A stretch of DNA of 63,579 nt, counting the filler, from Octopus bimaculoides (Eukaryota), in assembly GCF_001194135.2 (NCBI RefSeq). It is 8 parts of 8 records of this genome, joined end to end, with 100 filler letters (N's around TTAATTAATTAA, not from the genome) between each part and the next. Parts side by side here need not be neighbours in the genome. Positions count along the whole stretch, not along the records: positions 23,263 to 27,197 come from NC_068993.1; positions 27,298 to 34,526 come from NW_026403773.1; positions 34,627 to 43,051 come from NC_068986.1; 5 more parts are not named here. One strand, written 5' to 3'. The notes below the pieces were generated by a model. It worked only from the letters and a program-made list of their open reading frames with translations. It was not told where the DNA came from and made no database searches. Position 1 is the first letter of the stretch. Each line of letters starts with the position of its first letter. Of the stretch, positions 24,436 through 37,449 are shown piece by piece. Made by a program: the position numbers and the translations under genes.

Positions 24436-26399
24436 ATATATATATATATATATATATCTATTTATCGATCTATCTANNNNNNNNNNNNNNNNNNNNNNNN
24501 NNNNNNNNNNNNNNNNNNNNNNNNNNNNNNNNNNNNNNNNNNNNNNNNNNNNNNNNNNNNNNNNNNNNNNNNNNNNNNNNNNNNNNNNNNNNNNNNNNNN
24601 NNNNNNNNNNNNNNNNNNNNNNNNNNNNNNNNNNNNNNNNNNNNNNNNNNNNNNNNNNNNNNNNNNNNNNNNNNNNNNNNNNNNNNNNNNNNNNNNNNNN
24701 NNNNNNNNNNNNNNNNNNNNNNNNNNNNNNNNNNNNNNNNNNNNNNNNNNNNNNNNNNNNNNNNNNNNNNNNNNNNNNNNNNNNNNNNNNNNNNNNNNNN
24801 NNNNNNNNNNNNNNNNNNNNNNNNNNNNNNNNNNNNNNNNNNNNNNNNNNNNNNNNNNNNNNNNNNNNNNNNNNNNNNNNNNNNNNNNNNNNNNNNNNNN
24901 NNNNNNNNNNNNNNNNNNNNNNNNNNNNNNNNNNNNNNNNNNNNNNNNNNNNNNNNNNNNNNNNNNNNNNNNNNNNNNNNNNNNNNNNNNNNNNNNNNNN
25001 NNNNNNNNNNNNNNNNNNNNNNNNNNNNNNNNNNNNNNNNNNNNNNNNNNNNNNNNNNNNNNNNNNNNNNNNNNNNNNNNNNNNNNNNNNNNNNNNNNNN
25101 NNNNNNNNNNNNNNNNNNNNNNNNNNNNNNNNNNNNNNNNNNNNNNNNNNNNNNNNNNNNNNNNNNNNNNAACCACATCACTATAGGTGTTAATACTAAC
25201 CACAAAAACCACCACCACCACCGCCACCACCGTCGACGCCGCCGCCATTAACATAACGAAATGATTACCACTACCACTGTAACCAATACCAACATAGCCA
25301 CATATTTCTGCATCAACAGCGCCAGCAGCATCACCACCATGAGCAGCGGCTGCAGTAGTGGCGGCAGCAGCACCACTGCCGTACGTATTACTATTTCTTA
25401 GCAGCACCATTGTTAGCAACGGCTCCCTATCGTATCCTTTATCCTATTCCCAACACCACCAGCTGCAACAACAGAGTTGCTATAATCACAACAGCGGTGA
25501 TAGAGCGACTAAGTGAAGCAATCAAAGCAAACAGCGTTACTGAAGTATCTTGCATCCAGAAATAAACATCTATTTATTTCCCCATTTCTCCCACTTTTTC
25601 CTGCTTCTCTCCCTCTCTTTAGGTGCATTTCATCAGGTGATCCTTACAAAATTTCCTCCACCTTAATACCTTAATATGTTCCCACCACCAACACTAATAC
25701 CAACAGCGCCGCCACCACCACCAACACACACNNNNNNNNNNNNNNNNNNNNNNNNNNNNNNNNNNNNNNNNNNNNNNNNNNNNNNNNNNNNNNNNNNNNN
25801 NNNNNNNNNNNNNNNNNNNNNNNNNNNNNNNTAATATATGTATGATTGTATACTCATAAATTGCATACAAATTCCAAGGTAAAAAGGAAAAGACTTTCAT
25901 ATAGAGTTGCACAGATTGTACAAATACGACGGCGCTTTTTCTATATACAATCGATGCTCATCTCGATAAAACGGAACTATCCCTTCTATGCACCACATCT
26001 AATCTTTCTATAGATTGAATTTCCTTTATTTATTGAAAATAGTCAACACACAACAGGCTATGTGTCTGTATGTGTCTTTGTATATGTACATATATTTTAG
26101 ATATATTTATGTATGTATGTAGATATATTTGTATGTGTGTGCGTGTGTGTGTGCGTGCGTGTACGTATATATATATATATATGTATGTATGCATACATAT
26201 ATGTATATATATATATATATATGCATATAGATATATGTGTATGAGTGTGTGTGCGTATGTGTGTGTATGTGTGTTCCATTATTCTTTTCTTTTATACTTT
26301 TATACATTTCATCCCTAAGGTTGTGGCCATACCGGAGCACTGCCAGTATCATCACTTCTTCAATGGCCAATTTTATGTGATTGGCTCTTTGTGAATGAG

Positions 26400-27197
26400 G
26401 CACTTCGACACTGCTGCCTTCTTTTGAATCTCCTGCCTTAATATTAGTTCTGAGACCTTGGACAGGAAAAGATCATGCTGTTTCTTGAAAACATCTACCT
26501 TCACTCCATGAAGATCCTTCAAATGTTTTCGTAAGGCGTTGAATTAGCTATTGCAATACATGGTCCTCGCTCTTGATGGGATAACTGGAACCTGTCAAAC
26601 AATGCAGTGACGTCCATTTCGGGGTCTGGTATAGAACTCACTTTCCAAGTTTGGTGCCAATCCCTCCAGTATCTTCCATACATATATTACTGCATTCGCC
26701 TTTGCTCCAGGGAGTAGAGTCGTAACTTTTTCAGTCTCTCTCAGCTGTGCCATTGATGCAACCTTTTTTGTATAACATCGTTGAACAACCTCATGTTCCG
26801 CTATTAAGCTGACACTATAGGGTGACTACAATTGAGAGTAGTATTTAAGACGGCTGAGAACAAATGTCCTCCATAGGACCAGCATAGTATCCATCCGGCC
26901 ACTCGCCTGCACACTGCCACCATGTGAAACGGGGCATGATTGCTCATATCAATCCTGAGATCAGGCATTGTATGTGATTCTGGGATTGCAGCTCTTTTTG
27001 GTTCAAAATATCGTTGTTACGACTTCTGCGCACCGAGTAGCTGATAGCACAGGGATTGGGATTTGCCTGCATTTCATTGCATGTCGTTCCCCTCAGCTCA
27101 TTTATATATGGCATATAGATGTTTCTACAGATTAGCATTAGAAGGTTCCTTGACTGTGTCGTCGGCATAGCTAGTAAGTGTGGCTGTCTGTGTAACT
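26400..27197 (-). mobile_element. CR1/L2-type LINE RT 3' region (degenerate)
   Basis: Minus strand reads ERLKKLRLYSLEQR..(V)IYVWKILEGLAPNL. The segment gctgcaatcccaga..gcaggcgagtggccggatggata matches 63460-63579. Confidence 0.8.
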
Positions 27198-27297
27198 NNN
27201 NNNNNNNNNNNNNNNNNNNNNNNNNNNNNNNNNNNNNNNNNTTAATTAATTAANNNNNNNNNNNNNNNNNNNNNNNNNNNNNNNNNNNNNNNNNNNN

Positions 27298-27334
<37 letters not shown>

Positions 27335-27354
27335 ATAGTTATGTGTATGTGTTT

Positions 27355-27560
27355 ATGTTTGTATTTGCTCTCCGCACACACTTGACAACTGGTATTGGTT
27401 TGTTCACATCCTCATAACTTAGCAATTTGGCAAAAAGAGACCAATAGAATAAGTACCAGGTCTTAAAAAAATTAGTACTGGGGTCAATTTGTTCAACTAA
27501 AACCTTCAAGGTGGTGCCCCTGCAAGGCCACATTCAAAAGACTGAAGCAAGTAAAAGATA
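27355..27560 (+). mobile_element. SINE family C tail
   Basis: cttgacaactggtattggtttgttcacatcctcataacttagc...gagaccaatagaataagtaccagg...ctgaagcaagtaaaag. Confidence 0.8.
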
Positions 27561-28250
27561 ACCGTCACTCACAAGCAAACATAACCTTCTGGCATATACC
27601 ATGCTTTTGTTAATTGTTTTCTTGAGCCTATGTAATCATGAGCATAAACAGACACTTGTTTGGCCCTTTCACCTAACAGCCACCAGAACATCAAGGATGT
27701 GACATCTGAAGTGAGAGAGAATCAGAGGGCTGCACCAAGGCTCACTTCCAGCTGAGTAAACTGGGGCATTGTGAAATGAAGCACCTAACTCAATGAGACA
27801 ATTGCTGGTCAGTGCAAGAGGGAGTCAAACCCACAACCTTAAAATCATAGACCCAATACTCTAAGCACTAGAGAAAGCATACAGAGAAAACAAAACTTTG
27901 CTCCCAACATATCCATAAGAATAATATTTAAAAGCTAGAGAAGTCAGCACTGAATACAGATAATAAATATAGACTTGGTATAATATCTGAGATGAGAGGT
28001 TAACTTTGCCTTTCATCTCTTTCAGGGTAGATAAAATAAGTACCAGTTGTGTACTGAGGTCGATCTAATCGACTGGCCCCCTCCCCCAAAATTTCAGGCC
28101 TTGTGCCTAGAGTAGAAAAGGATATCTGAAATGAAAAAAATATCACACACATAAACATATATCAAATTAAAATCTTGCCACATTCTATGGATCCATAGGA
28201 CTCACATGATCTCAAGCCAGATGAATTTTGTTAGATCAACAGTTTTATAA

Positions 28251-28297
<47 letters not shown>

Positions 28298-28624
28298 TTT
28301 TTGCATGGAATTCAATTCAATACTCAATGAAATAGTTGTATAGTCTTTCCCATTGAGTTTATTAGCTTTTATAGTGTTAAAACCCTTAGGAAGTATATGT
28401 ATGAACTTTACAAAGGAATTTTCCTCTGATAAACCTTTTTTTTTAAGAGCAATGCTTAGCTGAAGAAAGCAAATAAAAAAATATCTACAAAGTTGTGAAA
28501 TAGAAAAGCTGCTTGTTATTCAGGTAGATTGAGACAGGCAGTATTTAGTCAACAGGTCTACTAGTTCACTAAATAGCTTCTGTTAACTTGATCACATGAC
28601 CATATGGTAATATTCAAACTGCTT

Positions 28625-28825
28625 AAGGCAGTGAGCTGGCAGAATCATTAACACACCAGGTAATATGTTTACCAGCATTTCATCTGTCTTCATATTCTGA
28701 GTTCAAATTTCCCCGAGATCAACTTTACCTTTTATTCTTTCGGGATTGATAAAATAAGTACCAGTTGAATACTGGGGTCAATGTAATCAACTCATCCCTT
28801 CCCCTTTATGCCAAAATGTGAAACC
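28625..28825 (+). mobile_element. SINE family A copy with 16-bp TSD
   Basis: aatattcaaactgctt occurs at 28609-28624 and 28826-28841. Confidence 0.9.
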
Positions 28826-29084
28826 AATATTCAAACTGCTTCATTTTCCTCCCAACTGTACTTCCCTTGAAGATTGAAAATCATAAAAATTCTCCTTCTT
28901 TTCTTACCTACCTGTCTTTAGACTGTGGTTTCTCAATACAATGATTTCCTTGTGCATTCTCAAAACAAATATGAAAATTTTTACAGCCATTAGGACAATC
29001 TACATGGAAAAAGAAAATATTAATTTTCACAAAAGGAAAACATTACAAAACTGATTTACAATGCATACAAACACACCCACACAC

Positions 29085-29610
29085 CTCATAGTTTCAGGTT
29101 CAAACCTACTCTGGGACACTTTAAGGGAAGTGGTATTTTTTTTAGCCCTAAGCCAACCAAAGCTTTGTAAGTGGAATTCGTAGAAGGAAGCTGAAAGAAG
29201 CTTGATCACATGACCATATGGTAATATTCAAACTGCTTGAGGTGGTGAGCTGGCAGAATCATTAGCATGCCAAGCAATATGTTTAGCAGCATTTCATCCA
29301 TCCTTGCATTCTGAGTTCAAATTTCACCATAGTCGACTTTACCTTTCATCATTTCAGAAATGTGTGTGTGTGTTGTGTCTCCTTGTCTTAAAATGTGATA
29401 GCCATAAATGAGTGTCACCCTAATACAACCAATGTTACTCATTTCTAATCTTCTGTGAAAAGATGTCTAGTCATGGGGAAATATTACTTTGCTTGGAAAC
29501 ATGTATGAATTAGCAACAGGAAGGGCATCAGCAGTAGAAATCTGCCACAACAAATTTGATCTGATTTATGCATGCATGGAAAAATGGATATTAAAACGAT
29601 ATTGATGATA
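29085..29610 (+). mobile_element. SINE family C2 copy interrupted by a duplicated segment
   Basis: Head 29085-29200, inserted copy of 28587-28740 at 29201-29355, (TG)n, RTE-like tail ...catgcatggaaaaatggatattaaaacgat. Confidence 0.7.
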
Positions 29611-30686
29611 CACATACACACACACACACAAACATCTTGAATTATGCTTACATTTGTATATATAAATGAATGTGTGAATAAATATATCTATGAACATGTA
29701 TATTTCCCTATCATATTATGGGTGCTACATTATGATTAACTGAATATTAAATAAAAGGAGGGGAAAAAATCCAATATATTTTACAAAATAATTTTCAAAT
29801 CTTTAAATAGCAGTAAATCAATCATCTGTAAGAATTTCCAAAAAACGCCCTGTGATAAACAAAAATTGTTTCAAAAGGATTCAGTAGTATAGTTTACAAA
29901 ATATTCTCTGAAGAACAGGTTAGCATCCTCTTTAATAAAAACTACTATATCAAAGTTTAATTAGTGTGATTTTTCATCAAAATTTAATTAATGTTATTTT
30001 TCAATATATAATAATGTGAAGAGATGTAATGTTCAGTTCATTTCCAAGTGTATTCACAATTAAAACCATGTTACTCGTAGTCTAATTCACTGAGAGGATT
30101 TACTATTACACTATTTCACCCATAACTTTGAATAAAAGTAGATAAATGGAAGGGGTTTCTTTATTCCACCCTACAAAGAAACAAAGAAAAACTTAAAGAC
30201 TTTCTAGAGTTGGTGTCAGAATAAAGCTCACCAAGTCCATGCTGTATATTGGTAGGCGATAGAAAGGGCATCCAAGTGTTACAGAATGCATAACTGATGT
30301 TATGACACACATAACAGTGGTTATTGTTTCTGTGTGTGCCACAGTAAGTGGCAAAATGCTTGGATAACCAAGACATCATGGAAAAAGAAAAAACTCTTTG
30401 ATGATGATGCTGGTGGAGATCGTGAATATGATGATGATGATGATGAGGGTTTGAGTTATCTTGAGTCGACTAAACAAGAAGACCACTGTTCAATAAAGGA
30501 CTCAATCCCTTAATAAATGTAAAGTGTATATTCATGATATTGACCTTACAAGCATGTACACTGATTCAATGTGTCACAACAATCTTTCTAGAAGTGACCT
30601 CTGAAGAGATTCTGGGGTCACATCAAAACAGTTTCCATGCTGCAACATCAATACCATGAATGTGTATGTATATATGTATGTATGTG

Positions 30687-30728
<42 letters not shown>

Positions 30729-31269
30729 CGTGCACACACACACACACACACACACACATGCATACGTGTGTGCACCTGAAGACTGGAAACCAGTAACTTC
30801 AAGTCACACAAATTCAGCCTTGAATAAATGTTCTTCTAATTTACCTAACAATAGCAAATACTTTTACTCTTAACTACAATTCACAACAGTGAGAAACTAT
30901 CATACACTATTTACATACATTACAGACAGACAGATACACGCACACAAACACACACATGTGTGTGTTCTTATTTCTATCCGTTTTTTTCAATACAAGCTTG
31001 GACTAGATACATATATTATTGATGCATTGTTTTACAGCTGAATGTCCTTCTTGTCACTACTCTTACCTGTTTTTCAAGTTAAGGGATACTGAATTCCAAG
31101 ATTTCAAAGTTGCAAAGTCAGCAGGTGGCCTGTTGACAATGTAAATGACAGCAATATCAACGCCCACAGCTGAGCAAATTTCAGGAAAGTGAAAACACAC
31201 ACACACTGGTGCAGACATGACTGAAGCTTGGACATACACTTCCCAGCTACTTGGTTTTTTCCAGTTAGG

Positions 31270-31386
31270 TCCCACTGTGTGGTACCTTGGACAGATGTCT
31301 TCTATTGAAGCCCTGGGTTAACCAGGACCCCGTGAGCTGAATTAGTAAACAGAGGCTGAAAAACTTAGTTGTGTGTGTGTGTGGGG

Positions 31387-31422
<36 letters not shown>

Positions 31423-31790
31423 ATTGTCTTGGTATGGATTTAACCCTTTTAGTATTTAAACTGGCTATATCCAGCTCAAATATTCAAACAGCTTTATGTT
31501 CAGTCCAGCCAGATCTGGCCTATCACACCTAGCCTATGATGTTATTTGGAAAGTATAAAGCTATGAGAAAATACAGGATTAATTCCAAACAATGTGAATA
31601 AATAAACGCTGCATTTGACAGGGTAATCTGAATGCTCAAGGGTTAAATGAGGGTCACTGCCACACAAGCAGTGTCATTTATTTCTAATATTATGTGAAAA
31701 CATATCTGGTCATGGAGAAATATTACCTTGCTTGGAAACAAATGAGTGGTACAAGAGAAATAGCTATAGAAAATCTGCTTCAATGAATTC
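31270..31790 (+). mobile_element. SINE family C2 copy hosting a MITE
   Basis: Head cccactgtgtggtaccttggacagatgtcttct; tail catggagaaatattaccttgcttggaaac resumes after 31646. Confidence 0.65.
31444..31642. mobile_element. piggyBac-like MITE (199 bp)
   Basis: TTAA at 31440-31443 and 31643-31646. Imperfect TIRs cccttttagtattta / tgaatgctcaaggg. Confidence 0.75.
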
Positions 31791-32665
31791 CCATCCACTT
31801 TCTATGCCTGCATAAGTCAAACAAGAATTTGTTGGGGCAAATTTCCTTCAACTGGATGCTCTTTCTCATACCAGCCCTTGCCTCTTTATAGAACATTGTA
31901 AATGACAACACTGCTTGTATAGCAGTGACAATCATTTACAACTTACACAATGTCAAGGCAAAGAAACACAAACACACACACACACATACATGCATATGCA
32001 TGCATGCACACACACACACACACACATATGTGCTACTGACATGCTGTATTGCTTAGTATCCATGCTGTGGAACAGATAAGTACCTAAATAAGTTATTTGA
32101 TCAAACTGCTTGCCAGAACTCAATAATAAATATCAGGTTTTCATAACGACGCTGCAAACTTGACAGAGTTTATCAGAGAAGCAAGAAAACAACCATCTGC
32201 TAAAAATTTCCTTCATTTTGAAAGAAGCCTTATCACAAAAATGCTTTTATATTTTCGTTTTTTTTTTTTCTTAATGCCCCTATTTGTTGGAATACAAAGC
32301 ATCACCACTTTCCTTGCAGACAAAATGAAATTTATTTCTATTATGTTTCTACGCACTGAGTATATGAAGATTACTTTATTTTTCTTAGAATTCACACTGC
32401 AAAAATTCATCATCATTGTCATTTTTAACATTCACTTTTCCACGCTTGCATTGGTTGGGCAGAATTTATTGTGACAGATTTTCTACAGTCAGACGCCTTT
32501 GTGTCACCAACCCACAACCGTTTCCAAGTAACATGATATTTCCCCATAACCAGATATACTTTTATAGAATATGACAAATGAAGGACACCACTTGCATTAT
32601 GGTGACACTCATTTATAACTATTACATTGTGTCAAGACAAGGAGACAGTAAGACAAACATACTCA

Positions 32666-32705
<40 letters not shown>

Positions 32706-32708
<3 letters not shown>

Positions 32709-32975
32709 GGACTGGCTCCTGTGCAGGTGGCACGTAAAATACACCATTTCGAGCGTGGCCGTTGCCAGTACCACCTGACTGACCTTCGTGCCAGTGGCAC
32801 ATAAAAGCACCCACTACACTCTGAGTGGTTGGCGTTAGGAAGGGCATCCAGCTGTAGAAACTCTGCCAAATCAGATTGGAGCCTGGTGTAGCCATCTGGT
32901 TCACTAGTCCTCGGTCAAATCGTCCAACCCATGCTAGCATGGAAAGCGGACGTTAAACGATGATGATGATGATGA
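32706..32975 (+). mobile_element. RTE-type LINE 3' end (family B)
   Basis: ggtggcacgtaaaatacaccatttcgagcgtggccg...ccaacccatgctagcatggaaagcggacgttaaacgatgatgatg. Confidence 0.9.
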
Positions 32976-32978
32976 CGA

Positions 32979-33138
32979 TTCCATCTACCAAATCCACTGA
33001 CAAGGCTTTGGTTGGCCTGAGGCTTTGGTTGGCCTGAGGCTATGGTAGAAGACATTTGCCCAAGGTGCCACATAGTGAAATTGAATCTGGAACCAAGTAG
33101 TTAAAAAGCAAAACTTCTTACCACACAACCACACCCGG
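32979..33138 (-). mobile_element. SINE family C head
   Basis: ctaccaaatccactgacaaggctttggttggcctgagg (17-bp tandem duplication)...agaagacatttgcccaaggtgccac. Confidence 0.8.
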
Positions 33139-33308
33139 CATATTTGATTTTCTACATTTATTTTTTCATTTTCAATAAGTGCTATTTAATTCCTTACTGA
33201 AATATCTGTCAGTTAAGTTATCATATTCCTGCTATGCACTTTCACAGTTTAAATTAAACCCATTATAACAAATCTTTTAAATTTAGTCAATTAACTTTTG
33301 AAACTCAT

Positions 33309-34470
33309 CTCCAGTCCGACCCCTCCACCTCCCGCATCTTCCCTAATCAACCCCGCCCCTCCTTCAAACGAGGCCATAACCTACGAGACCTCTTAGTCCA
33401 CAGCTTCTTCCCCAACCCAACCTCCACACACACAACACATATGCATGCACTTACACGCTCAGATTCATCTACACACATATATAAACGCACATACACACGC
33501 ACACTTGTGCACACACACACGCAAGCACACACGCATACATATACATACACACACACACCCATGCACACACACACACACACACACAACCCTACACAAACAC
33601 AGACACACACACCCGCACACAAACGTACACGCCTACACACAACCACATACAAACACAAACACACAGAGAAGTGCATACACGCAATAAAACGCACACATAC
33701 TTGACACACATCCCTACACTCACACACACACACACATATACACACATGCACATACACACACACATATACACACGCATACACACACTCATGCACACATACC
33801 TCCCACATACACAACACAACACACAGACACGCATACAATTACACACACATGGGTATAAATAACACACACACATGCACGCACGTACATAAGCAAACGCACA
33901 CACACACACACACATACACAGGAATGCACATATACACAACATACACACACACACGCATGCACAAGAATATACACAATATACACATACACACATGCGCACG
34001 CACAAAAATATACACATGCACACACACACACATACAGACATACATCTTCACACACACGCAAACACACACATACGCACCTAACACTCACAATCCCACACAC
34101 ACACACATACACTAACATATAAACAGCCAAACCACACACACACACATACATGTGCTGTTATTACACACACACACAGACACGGACCCGCGGACACGCACAC
34201 ATACATACCTCCCTCTCTTGCACTCTCCTGTCTTAGAAAGAACCTTTTCTTCACCCATTCCCTTCTGGTCATTCCACAATGTAACCTCGTGTATATTGTT
34301 GGCGATTTTTTTCTGCCTCCGTCTTCCTTTCTTTGGACTTTCCTATATTTCTGATGAAGAGCTTCGCTCGAAACGTCAAATTCTGTTTCCTTTCCTGAGC
34401 GTCCAATAACACAATATCTGTATCACGTCCTCGTATTGTTGGTTTTTTTTTTGTCGTTTTTCTTGTTTGA
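33309..34470 (+). mobile_element. Penelope-like derivative: RT-EN linker, ~780 bp of degenerate (CA)n, pseudo-LTR with hammerhead
   Basis: 33309-33404 translates LQSDPSTSRIFPNQPRPSFKRGHNLRDLLVHS (PLE linker-like). A pyrimidine-rich tail follows the CA tract and contains the ribozyme core at 34351. Confidence 0.7.
34347..34381 (+). ncRNA. Minimal type I hammerhead ribozyme
   Basis: Stem I attt/aaat, CTGATGA (34351-34357), extra A, stem II gagc-ttc-gctc, GAAA (34370-34373), CG, then T-C (GUC triplet ending 34377). Confidence 0.8.
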
Positions 34471-34650
34471 ACTCACTATATACATATATACATATATATA
34501 AACATATATACATATATATAAACATANNNNNNNNNNNNNNNNNNNNNNNNNNNNNNNNNNNNNNNNNNNNTTAATTAATTAANNNNNNNNNNNNNNNNNN
34601 NNNNNNNNNNNNNNNNNNNNNNNNNNATATATATATATATATATAGATAG

Positions 34651-34709
<59 letters not shown>

Positions 34710-34749
34710 GAGATAAAACTTACTTGGAATTGGATGCGTGGCGTTCATT

Positions 34750-35603
34750 CATATAATCATATAAATAATATATATATGCATATACACATACGTATATGTA
34801 CATACATATATATGTATATACATATGCATATGTGGGCACAGGACGTCACAGCACGTAAACAACATAAAAAAACGAAAACATGAGATACGAAGTACGAATA
34901 CATGGAATATGAACTTTTTTTGCAACAACGAAAGAAACAAATGGAAAACAAGACAAGCAACATAACGAACGACCTTTCATCAGTCTGTCACTCTCTCCCC
35001 CTCACCCTTCCTCCTCAATCTTCCTCCCTCACTCTTCCTCCTTTGCTCTCTCGTGGCTCCCACGTGACCATCGGCCATCTTTCTTCCTTTTCCTAAATTG
35101 TGTTTCTTTCTTTCCTTCTGATTCAGCTGGACGAATCAGACGCATTTTTGTCTCTCTCTTGTCCAAGCTTGCTTCTCCTCGTTCGCCACCTCACCTCGTT
35201 TAGGCTTAATAGCCCTTCCTGTTTGTTTTCACTGTCCTGTTTTGTTACCAATTTTGACCCTCTGCAAAATCCCAAATTTTATTTAATTTGTTTTCCGGGA
35301 GCAACTGTTTTATCGAAGGCGTATCTTGTCGCTGAATTGCTCGAAATACGGATAAGAAAAACAGCCAACAACTGATGAAGGGTCGTTCGTTATGTTGCTT
35401 GTCTTGGTTTCGATTTCTTTCTTTCGTTGTTGCAAAGAAGTTCATATTCCACATATTCGTATTTCGTATTTCATGTTTTCGATTTTTTATGTTGTTTACG
35501 TTCCGTGATACCCTGTGCCCACATATGCATATGTATACACTTATATATGTATGTACATATACGTATGTATATATGCATATATATATTATTTATATTATTA
35601 TTT

Positions 35604-35605
<2 letters not shown>
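34750..35605. mobile_element. Inverted pseudo-LTR pair (PLE-type), ~230-bp arms
   Basis: 34750-34984 is the reverse complement of 35371-35605 with scattered mismatches. A third, single copy lies at 62860-63130. Confidence 0.8.
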
Positions 35606-35680
<75 letters not shown>

Positions 35681-36335
35681 TGTGTGAGAGAGAAAGATAT
35701 ATATATATATATATATATCGATGAAAAAAATCTAAATATCGTGACAACTGAAAAATCGATGCTTTTCGGGCAGAATCTCTTGAGATAAACATTCTCTACA
35801 TAAACACTTTTTGNNNNNNNNNNNNNNNNNNNNNNNNNNNNNNNNNNNNNNNNNNNNNNNNNNNNNNNNNNNNNNNNNNNNNNNNNNNNNNNNNNNNNNN
35901 NNNNNNNNNNNNNNNNNNNNNNNNNNNNNNNNNNNNNNNNNNNNNNNNNNNNNNNNNNNNNNNNNNNNNNNNNNNNNNNNNNNNNNNNNNNNNNNNNNNN
36001 NNNNNNNNNNNNNNNNNNNNNNNNNNNNNNNNNNNNNNNNNNNNNNNNNNNNNNNNNNNNNNNNNNNNNNNNNNNNCACTCTGTCACATAGCTACTATCG
36101 CTATGAATTTGGAGCAAAACATTTTGTGAATCACTTCGCTTTTAAGTACTTTATAAATGAGATTTGTGCGTGTTTTAGGCCATTAATTTAAGCCATAGTG
36201 CAATGGGGGAGGGGGGGGGAGTCGTGATAGCGAAATTGTAAATGTTACAAACATATTGCATGAATCCATTTTTCTAATGATTTATACAAGACTTGACTCC
36301 TGGATCAATAAATACTAGAATCGTCAATTGTCTTC

Positions 36336-36787
36336 AGGCATGGCTGTGCGGTCAAGAATATCGATTCGCATTCACGAGGTACTGGGTTCAGTCCCACCGC
36401 ACATCTTTTATGGCAAGTGTCTTTTTGTATAGCCCCGGGTGAACCATTGCTTTGTAAGCAGATCTGATTGATGGAACGAGTGTAGTGGTCGTCGTGTGTG
36501 TGTATATATGTGTGTGTGCGTGTGTGTGTGTGCGTGTGTGTGTGTGCGTGTGTGTGTGTGTGTACACGTATGTGTGCGCGCGCGAGTCATTGTGTTTGTC
36601 TGCCCCACCGCTTGACAGCCGGTGTTGGTTTGTTTATATCCCTATAACTTAGTAGTTCGGCAAAAAAAAGACGATAGAATAAGTACCAAACTTGAAAAAC
36701 AAAATTAGTATTGGATCGATTTAATAGACAAAACCCTTCAAAACTCTCATCATGGCTGCCACCCAATGATTGAAATAAACAAAAGGA
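36336..36787 (+). mobile_element. SINE family C, full length with internal (TG)n
   Basis: aggcatggctgtgcggtc...gggttcagtccc...(TG)n 36495-36580...cttgacagccggtgttggtttg...gatagaataagtacca. Confidence 0.85.
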
Positions 36788-37449
36788 TGTCCCAATTCTT
36801 GTTTATNNNNNNNNNNNNNNNNNNNNNNNNNNNNNNNNNNNNNNNNNNNNNNNNNNNNNNNNNNNNNNNNNNNNNNNNNNNNNNNNNNNNNNNNNNNNNN
36901 NNNNNNNNNNNNNNNNNNNNNNNNNNNNNNNNNNNNNNNNNNNNNNNNNNNNNNNNNNNNNNNNNNNNNNNNNNNNNNNNNNNNNNNNNNNNNNNNNNNN
37001 NNNNNNNNNNNNNNNNNNNNNNNNNNNNNNNNNNNNNNNNNNNNNNNNNNNNNNNNNNNNNNNNNNNNNNNNNNNNNNNNNNNNNNNNNNNNNNNNNNNN
37101 NNNNNNNNNNNNNNNNNNNNNNNNNNNNNNNNNNNNNNNNNNNNNNNNNNNNNNNNNNNNNNNNNNNNNNNNNNNNNNNNNNNNNNNNNNNNNNNNNNNN
37201 NNNNNNNNNNNNNNNNNNNNNNNNNNNNNNNNNNNNNNNNNNNNNNNNNNNNNNNNNNNNNNNNNNNNNNNNNNNNNNNNNNNNNNNNNNNNNNNNNNNN
37301 NNNNNNNNNNNNNNNNNNNNNNNNNNNNNNNNNNNNNNNNNNNNNNNNNNNNNNNNNNNNNNNNNNNNNNNNNNNNNNNNNNNGCCATTTGATTTTTGTA
37401 GTAGGAATGATAATGGATTTAACACCAAAATGAACACAATAACAAAGTG

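Noticed and set aside
30599-30635. CTGAAGA followed by gat...atc-AAAA
   Set aside because: Only a 3-bp stem, no GAAA and no PLE context.
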